Assembly: GCA_036172245.1 (NCBI GenBank)
Contig: JAYWIR010000019.1
Location: 2,976,001-3,040,000 of the forward strand
Length of the DNA: 64,000 nt
Direction of reading: 5' to 3'
From: Raillietiella orientalis
Taxonomy: Eukaryota
Positions within the stretch are counted from its first letter, which is position 1. Every line of letters begins with the position of its first letter. The notes under the pieces were generated by a model that saw only the letters and a list, made by a program, of their open reading frames with translations, made no database searches and was not told the DNA's origin. Positions 48,046 through 61,145 of the stretch are shown piece after piece. A program made the position numbers and the translations under genes.

Positions 48046-50247
48046 CTAAAAACTCCTATCCGTACCATGAATCAGACCCGTTCAGTGATGAAAGCAGGTT
48101 CGCAGACAGTTGGTCAGTTTCTTCTCCACAGACCGAAAGCAATTCATTCGATTATCACAATGATTGGATTGCTAGATTATTGGAGATTCTTGTAACTAGA
48201 TCATTAGAAACTGTTGCGAGGCCATTAGACTGAATAGGTTGCTATCATTAGATTGATTTTCCCATTATGGGACATTGGAATCGAGAACTTTCCATGTTTC
48301 GTTTCGTTTCTTCACCGAAGGCGCATAAACTCTGAGCACAGATTTCAAGTCTCATTTGCTTTTTGCTGAGGGATCATTGTAATCGTCATTACAATCGTCG
48401 TACGCATCGCAACTTTTCACCAATGCGCGTGCGGTCAGCGCGCTCGGGGACTCAAAAACGGGTTTCCTATTTGCCTGTGATATTTTCAGATCCGTTTGCT
48501 ATGTTAACCCATTTGATGATGCTCTTTTGAAAGCAGGACCAGCCGGGATCGTTCCAAACACTGAGTTTCCAAGAATCCCAGCCTTTCAGCTGGGATTACC
48601 AATAACAAGCTCATGTGGCCATGGGAGATGCTCTCCTGAGTGAACAAGCCACTGTGAAGCTTGGTTTCCCCTGAGGTCCTCACATGCACTTAAGATGAAA
48701 GTTTCTCCTTTCGCAGCTGACGGGGGCATCGGCTGCTTTCAAAACTCAGATAGCATTGCATTCTATTCGGGAGACATTCATCTCCGCTGCAGCTCAGAGA
48801 TTATTCCAGAATTAATGCAGCTCGAATCTTCATCCAGCAGTTAAAAGTTTTTCCATTGCTCTAAAGACTTGAGAGCATCCCTTAAAACCGCTTGATGTCG
48901 CTAATCTTTGGACATTCCTTTGGATGTGTACAGTGACAACTCGAGTATTCAGTGATTCGGCTTTTCACTCTACTTATTTTTCGATCTGAAATGTCAATGC
49001 TATCTCCAAACTGCAGAATGAGCCTGAAGTCACCCGGTATCCGTTGGTTACTAAGTCATCCTCCAGTCAGATATTTCTTCGTTTGCTTTGCTTGAATTCT
49101 GTATAGGTGAAAGTACACTAAGAACGGGGTTAAACGGTTGACCTCGAGAGCAAAAATTTGCTCAAAAATAGAATTTCTATCCCCACCCCCTTACTTTGTC
49201 TGCATAGGGGTCTGTTTCGATGCTCTCTACGAGCATGGATCCTCGTGATGATTGGCGCGTCTTCAAGGTGATTTTGCGAAGGTCGTTCCCCCATCGAAAG
49301 AGGGTTTTTGGAGGGACCATGAAAGCGGGAGCTCCAAGCATTACTGAGACGAAACCGCTATCAATTTAACTATCCAGTTTTCCTCCTCTGGTTCTCTAAA
49401 GGACAAAACCAACCCAACTGGTTGGCGTTCGATATGTGACTGCCCCCAAAGTGACGTCCGCTCCCTCATCTTCTTCGAAAAGACTCGGTAGCACGCATCC
49501 GCGGATATCAAGGCACGAGAACACGGCTGAGAAGAGTTTCCAGCTTTTCCAATCGTGACACCAGGTATGTGGCCGAATCCGAAAACGGCCAGGCCAAAAC
49601 ATCCATTCTTCATTTTAGCTTACCGTAGATGTTAGCTTTTTGCCTTCCTTTTTGAGCTAGGATCACCCTTGAAAAATTGAAATCCAAGTCCAGATAAAGG
49701 GTGCAGTTGAGATGTGAAAAGACGCTTCCGTCGCAAAGAAATTCACCAATGCAGCATGAAATGGGATGCTGACACTACCTTAAGAAGACGCCTTTCCGAT
49801 TCAAGATGCGGAAGACACAAGATGTAGAAACATTCCTGCGTGTTTATTCCGAACGTCCTTGAGGAAACTGAAAAGAACAAACAAACAAACAAAAAACACA
49901 GTGATGCTAAACTTGAATCTTTACGTGCTTCCCCACACAAAGTACCTCGCCTTGATCTGGTAGACAGCATCTTTAAACTACAGAAATGAGAATGATGGTT
50001 GTTTTGATCATCACGAACGACAAGAACGAGCCGCTTAAAAATACAAAAACCCTGTCCGCCGGATGTGCCTTTGAGGAGGGTGCTTTAGATAGCAAAACTT
50101 TCGGTATAAGAACTGCATTAACTTCGTGGATGTCTCCTAAGCATGAGTCTTGATGACATTTGTTCCTCACGGATTTTATCAGGAAAGCAGTTGCTTTTCT
50201 TTTTTTTTTGTTCTCTTGGAAAAAAGGGCCTTGCAGTTCAATGATCA

Positions 50248-50585
50248 GAGATGTTTCAAAGAATACTCCTCATGAATCAAGGAGGAGCTAATCTGGAATT
50301 CTTTTTCTCCCTGATGACAATCAGATGATTGCTGCTACCAGGTTCTTCAGTGGAGCTTCCATACAGCTTTCGTACTTTCTCCATGTATTCTCTAGAGGAA
50401 ACGATGGCTATGGCTGGAGAAGAAAGAAAGGCTTTCCTGCAGTTCACGACAGGCTGTTGCAGTCCTCCTTCAGGTGGGCTTGCTAACCTGCATCCAAGAC
50501 TGATAGTGGCGCGCAAAGTGGATGCTGATAGGAGGATTTATCCACCTGCCAATTAATATTGAAGTTGCCTGACTACGGTTGCGAA
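50248..50585 (+). pseudogene. HECTD1: HECTD1-like E3 ubiquitin ligase, C-terminal HECT fragment, disabled
   Basis: [45 protein letters not shown] closely matches the HECTD1 C-lobe ([34 protein letters not shown]...YPSVNTCVHYLKLPEY). A TAA at 50554-50556 and a frameshift remove the TCVHY segment before LKLPDY. A weak upstream match (PDDNQMI) lies near 50310. Confidence 0.8.
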
Positions 50586-53479
50586 TTCACCTCTTGCGAG
50601 TTACCTACAAAAGAGGAAATGATAATGGTGAGAATTTTCTCCATTCCCATTTCCGCAAGAACATCAGAATGCAGAGAGAGCGTCCTTTTTGACATTTATC
50701 AATCGTCAGTCATCAAGACTCGTTATTCAAGAGCCTCTGTCCCCCCCCCCAAAAAAAAAGTCTTCGTGATCATCGGTCATCAATGCATGCTCACTTTTCC
50801 TTCGCATTCTCAGCAAACCCTTCAAGATATCGCTCCGTGAAGATTCTGGAAGAGGTGCTTTCATTTGCGCTTGGAAGTCTCCCTGTCGTCTGATGACATC
50901 TTCCGTTCATTCGGATTACGGATTGAATGTGATACTCTCCACCAAAGAAGGAGGTGCCTTTCCATCTCTTGCATCATGTGGAGACCACGGGTATCTTAAG
51001 ATGAAATTAAGATTGAGGAAGAATCAATGGAAGAGGAAACGTTAATATGCACCTCAGCAACTGATTTGGAAAGTGATAATGAAGTGAGGAAATAAACTCA
51101 ATGGACAAGAGATAAACCAATGATGAATTTATTGCCAGCATTCTGCTAGCTCCCAAGTACTTCGAGTTGTTCGATAGCTGGCGATACATAACTCGTGGAT
51201 GTTTGATTTTCATTTTGCTCGTACACTTATTGAATCTCCATTCTCTATATCTGTGTTTGCAAGACTCGGGGACAATTTTCTCCCATCGATAAGATTCAAC
51301 TTAAACGGCCGCAGTACCTAAAATGATTTAAAGCCGTTTGTGGTTCCATCGCTGGCTTCGAACGCATCGATCTGCCTGCACAGCTTCCTCATCATCATTT
51401 TTTCTTTTAAGCCAGCTGTTGAGATTAATTGATCTTGGAGACGAGCTTCCAGTTCCCACATTTTCACCAGCATTTCATGCTGAGCTTTCGGAACGCATCC
51501 TGGAGGATATTTTTAATTTATCGTTGTTTATTAACCCTCTATGGTCCGAATTTTTCTTTTCAGCTATGAAAAAAACGCATGTAACGTGGAATTAAAACAC
51601 ATCAATCTCTAATTGCAAGTTAATAATGAATTCAGCAGGTGAGACGATTTTGTTATGAGGAATGTGCTTTGTAACTTTGGGGTTACAGCGGCGTACAACG
51701 TTTGCACTTGTGCGTACATAAAAGCCCAAGTATGGAATTCCATAGAACCGTTTGTACTCGGCGTCAAACGTAGATGTGCGTTGCATTTCGAACACCTTAC
51801 TTCGGGGACTCCTTTGCTTATCCCGGCTTTTCGCAGCGTCCCCTCTTATCCGAAAAGATTGGCCGACGTGCACTTTCGTCTTTTCGCTCGGTGTTGAGTG
51901 TTGTGAGTGTTGCACTCGCTCCCCTTTTCCTCTCCTCTTCGAACCGTTCATCCACGGTGGTTCCCCATTTCCTACATATATCGCGGCTCACTGTGGCTTG
52001 GAAAGGATAGCAAAATGATTGTCTCGATGCAAACACATGAGAGATCACCGACGTACAAACGAAGAGTCGTTACGTAGGCTTTTTCTTGTTTGCCAAAACA
52101 CCGATAGAACAAAAAACAGCAACAACCGCAGAGGACGGTTCGTACAACTTTTATCCGTACTTGACCACTTGCAAAAGCATTCGCCTCGAGATATCGGGTT
52201 CGAGTTGATGACATCCGTCTCCAGGACCCTTGCTGGTTGCCGAGGAGACGTCATGCGACGAGATGCATATGTGCCACCTTGCGGTAAGAAATTAAATACG
52301 TCAATAAGGTGTCGATATATTCGTATGTGACCTCAGAGTCACACCGGGCTATAGAGGGTTAATCCTTTCCATCATTGGACTCTGGGTCCGTTCGTAAGAT
52401 GAAGAAAAAAAAAAAGGAATTCAGTGCATATCAAAAGATTGGATTTGCCCGTTGCAGAAAGGAAAATCTCCGGCGAGAGGTAACTTATAATATTTCTCTT
52501 CGGACAGCGTGACGTCAGTGAGAAATTTCCTCGGCAATTTTTCATCTTATAACAATCCATTTCCAAGACCTTTAGACTCAGTGTCTTCAGGAGTCTACAC
52601 AGATGAATAGTTCAAGAGCGGCTTGCATGATTACTCGAAGTGATCCCATCGTTGGATTTCGGGGAGAACAACGTAGAAGGGAGAGGGAAGGATGAGGAGA
52701 AGACAAAAAAGCGAGACTTGAGATTTCAAGATTTCCCCAAAGACTACTGCTATCAAAACGAATGGTGTTTTTTTCGTCTCCTTGAAGATTCCCGGATAAT
52801 ACGAAGAGCAATCATATAAGCCTGCAGTAAGAAAATTCCAGTGTAAACAAGTGGGAAACGAATGTTCCAAGTGAAAACAATCCCAACCACGCTATGGAAC
52901 CAGTCCCTAGCAGACTCGGATAAATCAGTATCTGGGAGACGGAGGAGGAACACCAGTCCCCTGTGCGAGCTGCGGAACTGACCGGAAATGCTCCCTGACT
53001 GCTTTACTTAGGAGAAGAAGACAAGCCCTCCATTTTCTAGAGTGGCTCAAACAAAGTAAGGGAAAACTGGCTGTGCCCTGGCTGGATTGCACCTAGCACT
53101 GTCTGGAGAAAAGGATGCAAATCTCCGCTTCCTTGAGCATGGGCTTCCTACCGAAGACTGGTGTATCTCCGAAGATAAGAAAAACGACGCACGCTGGGAG
53201 GAAAACAACAGCAGCAGCAACAACAACAAAAAAGAGCTTCCCATTCGGAAGAGATGAGAAGATTTGTCCCAAGGAGCCGCGATTGTCAGCTTTGCATTTG
53301 GCCACTGGATTACCAGGAGTTCAGTAAAGCCAAATTTTCTTACTCTGTTCCGTTTACCCATTAGACCGAGTGGAGCTGTCCCGGAAAAAAAAAAAAAAAA
53401 AAACTTATTAGTTGATTAGTTTCGAAGAAAACAGAAAACAAAAACAAAACTGGTCCTCATTTGGATGCTTAGAGTTTTT

Positions 53480-54500
53480 CAAACGATCCTCCAGTGAACC
53501 TCACATCGGTAGAGCCTGCGTTCACACAGGCGGCGGATTTTTGCTTCAATAGACCAATTGTCCCAAGAGGTGTGCTATGCCAAAGATGCCTTAGCTGGCG
53601 AGCCGTGAGTTTCTCAAGGGAAGCTGCGAGCATCCTTGCTCTTTGCCAAGTTTCAGTGGTCCCGACAAGAGCAGATCGTTTAGTCACCTAAATGACCATT
53701 TTCCAGCATGCTGTTTTCTCAGCACCTGTTTACACAGATGGCCATGTGCCAGTCACCCCATTCTGCTGGTTCTTCCACCGAACAATTCGAGTTGCCAGTG
53801 ATCATCCCAGTCCTGTTAAGGGCGGAGCTGCGACTGAATGCTAACGATTGCGTTCAGTGGGTGAGACAAACGGAGAAAGCGCAGAGGCAGAAATTTAGAT
53901 GTAGATTTAGAAAGAGGGCTCCTTCTTCCGGTATACTCACGTTGGGGACTGTCAAGTTGATTAGAAGGGCACGCTCATGTCGTACGCACCATGAAGCTTG
54001 ACTGTGTGGTAATAATTATCCACAGATGGACTTTTCATGTGAGGTGGTAAATCTTCTCTTTCCCATGAACGTCGTTTGTGGTGAGAAATTCTCTAACAAG
54101 GCTATCATTAAGGCTACTTATGCGTTCATATTTGGTCAACAGGAACATGATGATCATCTCGAAGGAATTTCAGCGGCGTAACAAAACGGCCTTTCTAAAG
54201 GTGGAAGAAGAAGTGTTGAGAAAGTTAGTACGATAATGAAGAGAAGGATTGTGAAACTGGCGAAAGCTCACCCACCAGCGGTGGGCCAGCGTGATTGACT
54301 TGTGAAGTGCTTTTGAGCTCACAAGAAATTCGCCTTGAAAAGTCATGTAGATGAACGGGAGCGCCTTCCACGGTGATTTGGAACCACCGGGTCTACCATC
54401 CGGGAAGCGGTTTTCTGGAGTGTCTTGGTTGTGCCTCGATAAGGAAACACAGTGCGCATTCGACATGGTCACCTTTGCTGGCACTGCTAAAATGTTGTTG
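53480..54500 (-). mobile_element. RTE-like RT remnant
   Basis: TPENRFPDGRPG (LPESQCGFRPG), NDSLVREFLTTNDVHG (NG.LS..F..TNGVKQG), GMITGNSNCSVEE, ALVGTTETW (LLYGSETW), LEKLTARQLRHL (LE.FH.RCLR). Confidence 0.5.
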
Positions 54501-57500
54501 ATTGTAATCGAGAGGGGTGCTGGAAATAAAAAGGAAAATTTGGATAATTAAATAAAGGAAACCAAATTGCTGAACAGTAACGTGAATTTTTATAATCAAA
54601 TGGGCAAATTTTAGTAACATTACAAAAGTAAGAAATAATGATGGTGTATGGCAAATGATGATGACGATACGATATGAAATTTGCTTCAAACTCCTTCGCG
54701 AATGGCTGTTTCCCGTATTCTTCTCAGGGGAAGAACATCACGAACAGGAAGGCAGACTCTTCCTGACCACTCCAGAGCTGGATTGAGCGGGTGGTCAACA
54801 ACTTCGCCAATGTCAAATTTTTGAACCGGGTTACTCTCATCTCAATTTTCTCTCCTGCGTGCTCCATAGGAGCGTTCGCAGTGATATCCAGATGATGAAA
54901 ACGATTTCATTGGTTTTCTCCTTCCGCCCATTCCGTAATCTCAGAGTCATTTGCTACATTTTCTCTTGTTATGGAATTGAATCGTGCTGCAATGGGTGTG
55001 TCATCTTCATCGGTAAAATAGGTAAATTCAACTCAGTTTCTTCAGCTGATGAATACAAATGCTTAAATTGCATGTGAATTTCAAACACAGCACTTTCACC
55101 TTCGTTACCTTTTCTATTTCGCGTAAAATATTCAACTTTTATCGAGGACTTGATAGATTCTTATTCTTTCCCATCTTTAACGCGGTTGAAAAAAGTTCCT
55201 CTTGCTGGATGGCAGAAACCTCAAAATGTTTGAAGGGTTGCTTATGCCAAAAGTTTCTTTTATCAAAGGTGACTATATCGGATTTGCACCGCAGCAGTTT
55301 TATGGCTAGACGCTGATGGTAGTATGTGCACTGCGAAAGTAAGCAGTCCGAGGTAACTCTTCTTTTGCTCACTGAAGAGACTCAAAACCATCACCTTTTG
55401 CTCCGGATCGGAAACTGAGAACACGAGTGGAACCTTTAATCACATGAAAACCAGATGGGTCGGATGTCTTCCTCTGGAGTATCAGATTGGTGGAAGCTGA
55501 CTTCAGATACAGAAACAAGTGGAGGTATTTGTCACAAGTCAACCTAAGAAGATGCCCAGCGATGTCTTTATATGCGAGAAAAGCTTCTGTTTAGGTGCTT
55601 CTTTCAGCGGCAAGAGACAGAGTACAAGTAACTTGCCTCTCTGAGTGTCTTGGTACGCTTGACAGGTCAATTTCAGTGCTGAAGACGCCGTGAAAATCCA
55701 CCTCGAGCAATGGAATTTCGCCACTAGTGGGACAAAAAAAAAAAAAAAATCTGCATCGAAGATATCCGAGTTGACGATGATCAACCAAAAAAATGTTTCC
55801 TGTGTCCACTTATTGCCGTGATACCCTCGTTGGTCCTCACATCAGATGCTGCACTCTGAATGTGGATGTCATAGAGCGCGATCGAGTGAGAGGTCGATCC
55901 AGCTGAAATGCAGGAAACAAGAGGGTTCGGTTTTTAAGAGGAAAGAGTTGACATCCTCAGGGAACTCCAAGCATGAAGCATAAAAACTTCAGGCATACAC
56001 GCTAAAATGGAGAAGCTAAATGAATAGAATGATATCTTCAATAGAAATGGAAAACATGATTCGATTGAGAGATTTAGAAAGGGAGCTCCTTCCTCTACGC
56101 CCACGTTGCAGAGTGTTAATTCGATCAGGCTCGTGTCGTATGAACCATGAAGATGTCGTGAACCATCTCATCGCGAGCCTAGAGCTAGCGCTCTTGACTC
56201 TCTTGGACGAATAATTAAAAATTATTTGTCCAAGAGAGTGCTCCAGGGTCGTGCACTTCGAATATTAACAGGATTCAATAGGCCCTTGAGATCCTCGGAG
56301 CGGAGCTGTAATCTGTATCAGGGGAGGCGCAAATGTGCATTCTTTCGATGGCACAAAAGCTGCAGTTGAAACGCACCTTTGAAAAAAAAAAAAAAACCTC
56401 CGAAATGATCCGGAAATGGACACAGCATGTGGATTTCTGACCCTCTGAGGGTTTGCAAGATCTGTTGGGATGCTTTATTTTAAGAGAGAGCATAAATACC
56501 AGGAAGCTAGTTTCCCAGATCAAGGCGAAAGGAAGATTCAGTCTCGCTTTCTGAAGGCATGCTGTTTTTTTTTCTTTTTTCAAAAAAAAAAAAAAAAAAG
56601 GAATCATTTATCTGACGTGATTAAGTGAGATCACAAGCTACGCACAGCGAGTTGAGAGGGCTACAACAAAGTTATCCTAATTAGCTCTCTCATATGCTGC
56701 AAGTGATCCCGATTTATCGCTGTAGTTGAATATTCTTTGTATAAGGCAAAGGACTTTCCAAGTACATTGATTTTAGCGGACTAATCTCGGCAAACAAGGG
56801 TTCGCAGCTGATTCATGGAGCAAAATATGCTTCAGAGCACATGCTTGACAACTCTTTTCGGCATACCGGTGGATTTTTTCGTATCCTAGTGAGCAAAGGA
56901 TTCTCTCTTCTTTCCATCCAGGGTACTCGATCTTGAAATTTCATTTAATGCACGTTTGCCTTCGACCTGACTCGGTTGTGCATTCCGAATAGAATGCTTG
57001 GTGAGTTTTCACTGTTTGTTTTACATCATCACCCTTAACCGTTCTGTTATGTACGTGTCTTCGTTAAAGCATTTTTGGGGGGATTAAAGTATTTATAAAG
57101 TTCTGATTTTAGTTTATAGAGTTGCAAGCAAATTAAGTGCAGTGCAGGAATCATATGATGAGCTGGAGGTTTCACGAGCAAGTTCCTTGTTGCCTTGCTT
57201 ACCTCTCCCAGATGCATTTCGAGGGAAGCAGGTTCCTAAAGCATCGATTTTCTTTGATCTCCCTGAAAAATCTGCAGGACTGCTCTGCACCTGATGAGTG
57301 GAACGGATTCTCCAACACGCTCCAATAATTCTATGCAATTTGGTATCATTGGGGGAGGTCGTTTCCTCTTTTGGAATCCCAGATAATTACGCAAGGTATC
57401 TTGAAGGAAAGATTAAAGATGCAGATGCTTGGTAGTTCTATAGAATGCCTTCCAATTCCATTAGCTAAAAGTTTCTTTCGATACTGAATTCGAGGAGGTT

Positions 57501-57989
57501 CTTCCAAATTTGTCTACAGAGCCACACTTTTTGGATAGTCACCAACAGAGAGTGTTGTTGTTTGTTTTCCTGATTGTCCTCCCTGTTGCGTTGCTTGCTG
57601 CATTCAGAATTTATCTAAACTCCGCTTCGCTCCAGAGACTCCAAAGTTCCTTGTTCATGAAGATGTGTTTTCTTCCTGTTGGTGCTTTGATCTTGTTCGA
57701 GAAAAGCAGACTCGGGTTGCTGGAGATCTGCGCTTGATTCCTCGTATGCTGACTGCACGCGTCCAAGTGTACAGTACACTCTGTTTTGCTGTCGCCGAGG
57801 ATCCAAAGGAAGCGAAACCTGGAAGACGGTATCAGGTTTGCTCGCAGCGGCGTGGTGCTCTGTGCTCCACGCGCGAGTGGAGCTGGCGCGCCATCTCCCT
57901 TTTCCGGCTGCAAGCTGCACTTTTCGTCGCCAGCCCCCACCTTACGCACGCGCGCAGCCGAATCCCCGGGTCGAGAATTCACCTGGAAG

Positions 57990-58784
57990 CCCGAGCCTTT
58001 CACCCAGGGTACCTCACACACCCCGGACTGGGGAGGATGCCTGGTAGTCGTTTGTCAACCGCGGCGGGCTCCTTGCGGGCGAAGCGGAAAGAGACGAGTG
58101 CCGCGAAGAGGGCGCTCTCCTAGGATTCGCAATTCCCCATGCGGACTTTGTGGACACGTTCTCGGAGCCTCACCGCGGGCGAGCACTTCGGGCTGGAGTT
58201 GGGTTAGCTCCTCAACTGGAGTGGACGCTCCCTGACTTGAACGGCTCTCCGCTGACCTGCCTTCTCGTTGCCGTGGGCGTCGTGGAGACTCGTGCTTTTG
58301 GGACGAGTGGTGCTTGTGATCAGCGGTGGTTTCATGAGCACTTGTGGAATAGACGGAGATCGGTACTGGGTCTCTACGAAGGGTCCCGGATGAATCCACT
58401 ATTGGATGCCAGGTTCGCAGCGCTACCTAGGCTCGTTTCAGGGACCTACAGGAGAAGGGAAGATTGTCGGGCTAGGACGTGTGGGGTCAGTCGCTCGCTT
58501 GCCCCCGTCCACTTTGATGTGTCGCAGGTGCCCTCCGTACGTGATAAACGGCGATGCTGCTTCCATCACGAGCAGCATCAGACCGAGGACATCCGGATGC
58601 CCTTTTCTCATCCGGGAGGCCTTCGCTTCTTGTCCATGAGTTCGGATTGGAATTGGCTTTGCGGAATGTACCAGTTCTGCTGGTACGCAGACATTACGCG
58701 GTGTTTTGTGACTCATTGTGTCGAACGCCTTTTTTCCATATCCGTGAACCCTGGCATGGGATCATTGCAGACGCAGTGGTTATA
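57990..58784 (+). mobile_element. L1/Tx1-like RT core remnant (interrupted by family A copy E)
   Basis: DLNGSPLTCL (NWRPI.LL), HEHLWNRRRSV, LLDARFAALPRLVS (LD..KAFDRVS), VINGD...RTSGCPF (VNG...RQGCPL), WYADIT (YADD). Confidence 0.5.
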
Positions 58785-59770
58785 CCCGATGGCGGAAGTA
58801 TGGCTGCTGTATCCGCGCGTCGCACCAAGCGGGTTCGAATCCCACCCAGAGAAGAATCGACGTCGAGAAATGGTTGCGTCGTGGGTTTCGAGCCAGCCCC
58901 GTAGGACGACGCCGGTTGGCCTAGAGGCTTCGGGTGCAGCACTGGTTGACACCCGGTGACGTCGGGGCGCTTATTTCTAAACCTACATGCCTGTGGCAGG
59001 ACGTTTGATCCTGCCACGTTACTTATGAATACGAAAAGGAACCTGCCGGGATCTGGCACGCAGGCCAGCAGGGTGCGCCTCGGTAGCACGAGGGAGGGAA
59101 GACAAACAAAAAGAGAAAAACAAACCAAAAAAACTGCAGTCAAAAAAGATGGAGGGAGGGGTGGTGGTTCGGGTGCAGCACTGGTGGAAGCCGGAAACCG
59201 GGATTGGAAGTTGACCCTCCCGGATCGTTCCAGGAATCAAGAAGCCGATTTCCATCAGGATTCTCTTCTGGTTGTGAAAATGGAGTCACCCCTTTCCTCG
59301 AAGGAGAGTCTCCATCGCTACCATGGAGCTGGTTGGTAACCCTTCAAGGGTTGTCTCTCCAGAATGTGAAGAAGTGCTCCTCTCCCTTCTGGGAGCGCGC
59401 GCCCTACACGGAGAAATTCGGAAGCGTCGCTTCGGGATCTCTCTTCAGAGGAGTAACAAGGAGCGGTTCCGTTGAGGGTTCTCTCCGGGGAAGAAATTCC
59501 AGGAGCGGATCCTTTCCGGGTCCCCTTCAAAGAAGAAATAATGGAGTGACCTCTCTGGGGTTTCTCCTGAGAGAATAAGAAAAAGGTTCCTGTCGGTGTT
59601 CTCTACGAAGAATAAGAGTAAAGAGTCTTCCCGGATTCATAGGGTGGTCCTCTCCCTGGGTACCGCCTATCATGAAGCATAACACGCACCCTCGGGTGCC
59701 GTGTTAACGAGAGGCGTCGACAGCGTTAACGAGCTTCGCGAGCCCCTAGGCGAACGGTTCTCGGGAACCC
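58785..59770 (+). mobile_element. Family A SINE-like element with a nested insertion (copy E)
   Basis: TGGCGGAAGTATGG A-box-like site, GGTTCGAATCC B-box, TGCGTCGTGGGTTTCGAG at 58875-58892, hairpin array, ACGCACCCTCGGGTG...GGCGAACGGTTCT 3' part. Confidence 0.8.
58947..59167 (+). mobile_element. Family B insertion inside family A copy E, with an 18-bp TSD
   Basis: Perfect direct repeat TTCGGGTGCAGCACTGGT at 58929-58946 and 59168-59185. The insert carries CACCCGGTGACGTCGGGGCG at 58950 and an A-rich tract near its 3' end. Confidence 0.7.
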
Positions 59771-59779
59771 TCAGTGGTA

Positions 59780-60070
59780 AGCGGTAAACCTAGAGGGACA
59801 AACTCGGACAGAACGGGGACAGATGAACCGCGGGAAACTTTTTTCTTTGCGGAACCTGCCACGCTCTTTCCGTCCTTAGGAGCATCATCTTTGCCGCTCG
59901 CTCATCTGGTCCGCCGCTCTGGGACGATCCGAAGGGAGAACCGCCCCAGGGTCTTTCAGAGCGGGGGTTCGTGGCAGCCTCAGGATTTTTCAACTGAGAC
60001 GCGGATACGTCGCGTCTTCAGGCAGCATCGGTTCCGCAGCGTGAACGCCCTCCCAGCTGGCGTGCTGCGA
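59780..60070 (+). mobile_element. Probable continuation of the Tx1-like ORF2 after copy E
   Basis: TFFFAEPATLFPSLGASSLPLAHLV resembles LSF.GRATL..SL..S.L.YLA. Weak. Confidence 0.3.
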
Positions 60071-60629
60071 GGGAGGAACTGCAGCTCGTTCGAGTCCAGA
60101 CGCGACTCACCTGCCCGCTCCCCCTCGGTGCACCCCTGGCGGCACACGTGGAATGACACGGTTGCGGGGTGTGCACGTACGCGTTCTGATTCCTGCCAAC
60201 AGAGTCCGTGGAGTGGGACGGCCGCTCAGGAGGGAAGCACTACCGTGCTTCCCTGAAAGGGACCCAACTCTTTCCCGAGTGAAGTTCCACCTCCATCTGC
60301 GAATGTCGGGGCCTCCCGGTTCGTTTCAGCGGGGCAGTGGGGCGTGACGGTGGCTCTCCGCACATTTGGTCACTTTCAAGATCTTCAGTTTGGGAAAGCA
60401 TAGAGACGAAAGAAGGGAAACAGGAGACAACCCGCCTCCTCTGCCTGGAAAGCAAGTGACGCCAAAGACTGTGGTTCTTTCCCGATCTTCGATCGGCACT
60501 GTTGCTTCAACCAACTGCATAATCCCATCCCTTTTGCTCATCCCTTCCCGTTCATCTCCCTGGTGAGTCGTGAAAACAATTTCCTTTCCGGACTCATTAG
60601 GGAACTCTTTCAAATGTGGCGACTGTTAA

Positions 60630-60700
60630 AGGAAGGCGACCTTCTGTTTCGTACGAAATCCCTACCCTGCAACATGGGGCTACTGGATGCTCCTTTGAAA
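60630..60700. repeat. 71-bp direct repeat, copy 1 (partner at 62253-62323)
   Basis: 68 of 71 bases identical by manual alignment. Confidence 0.9.
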
Positions 60701-60894
60701 ACCATTAGGTCCGCACCACGTTCCAGCTGCAACGACGCCCGCTCTTGTGCTTAAATTGTGCATTCGGCTGGAAAGAGCACTTCCTCGGCTAACTCTGGTA
60801 GGCAGTGCCGCCATCTCTCTTAACAGGGAGCATCCTGGTGGCACCATTCCTGCCGCCTTCTGAGGAGACTCCAGCAGAGAGCTTCGGCAAGGCC

Positions 60895-61145
60895 GCGCTT
60901 CTCCTCCTCCCCCGCCTCGTCCTCCCTTCTTCCTTCCTTTCCTTCCTTTTTCGACCCTTCCTTCCGCTTCCCTTCCTTCCTCTTCCCTTGTTTCCTCCTC
61001 CTCCCCCGCCTCGTCCTCCCTTCTTCCTCTCTCCCTTCTTTCTTCTTCCGACCCTTCCTTCCTCCTCCCTCGCTTCCTCCTCCCTTTCTTCCTCCTCCTC
61101 CCTCGCTTCCTCCTCCCTTCTTCCTCCTCCTCCCCCTCCTTTCTC
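60895..61145. repeat. Polypyrimidine (CCT/CTT) low-complexity tract
   Basis: Almost purely C/T on the plus strand, with internal repeats such as CCTCCCCCGCCTCGTCCTCCCTTCTTCC and CCTCCTCCCTCGCTTCCTCCTCCC. Confidence 0.85.

Noticed and set aside
58150..58959. 269-aa ORF as an intact gene
   Set aside because: It is a chance open frame across a decayed RT remnant and the head of a SINE copy. YADD is mutated and neighbouring motifs lie in other frames.
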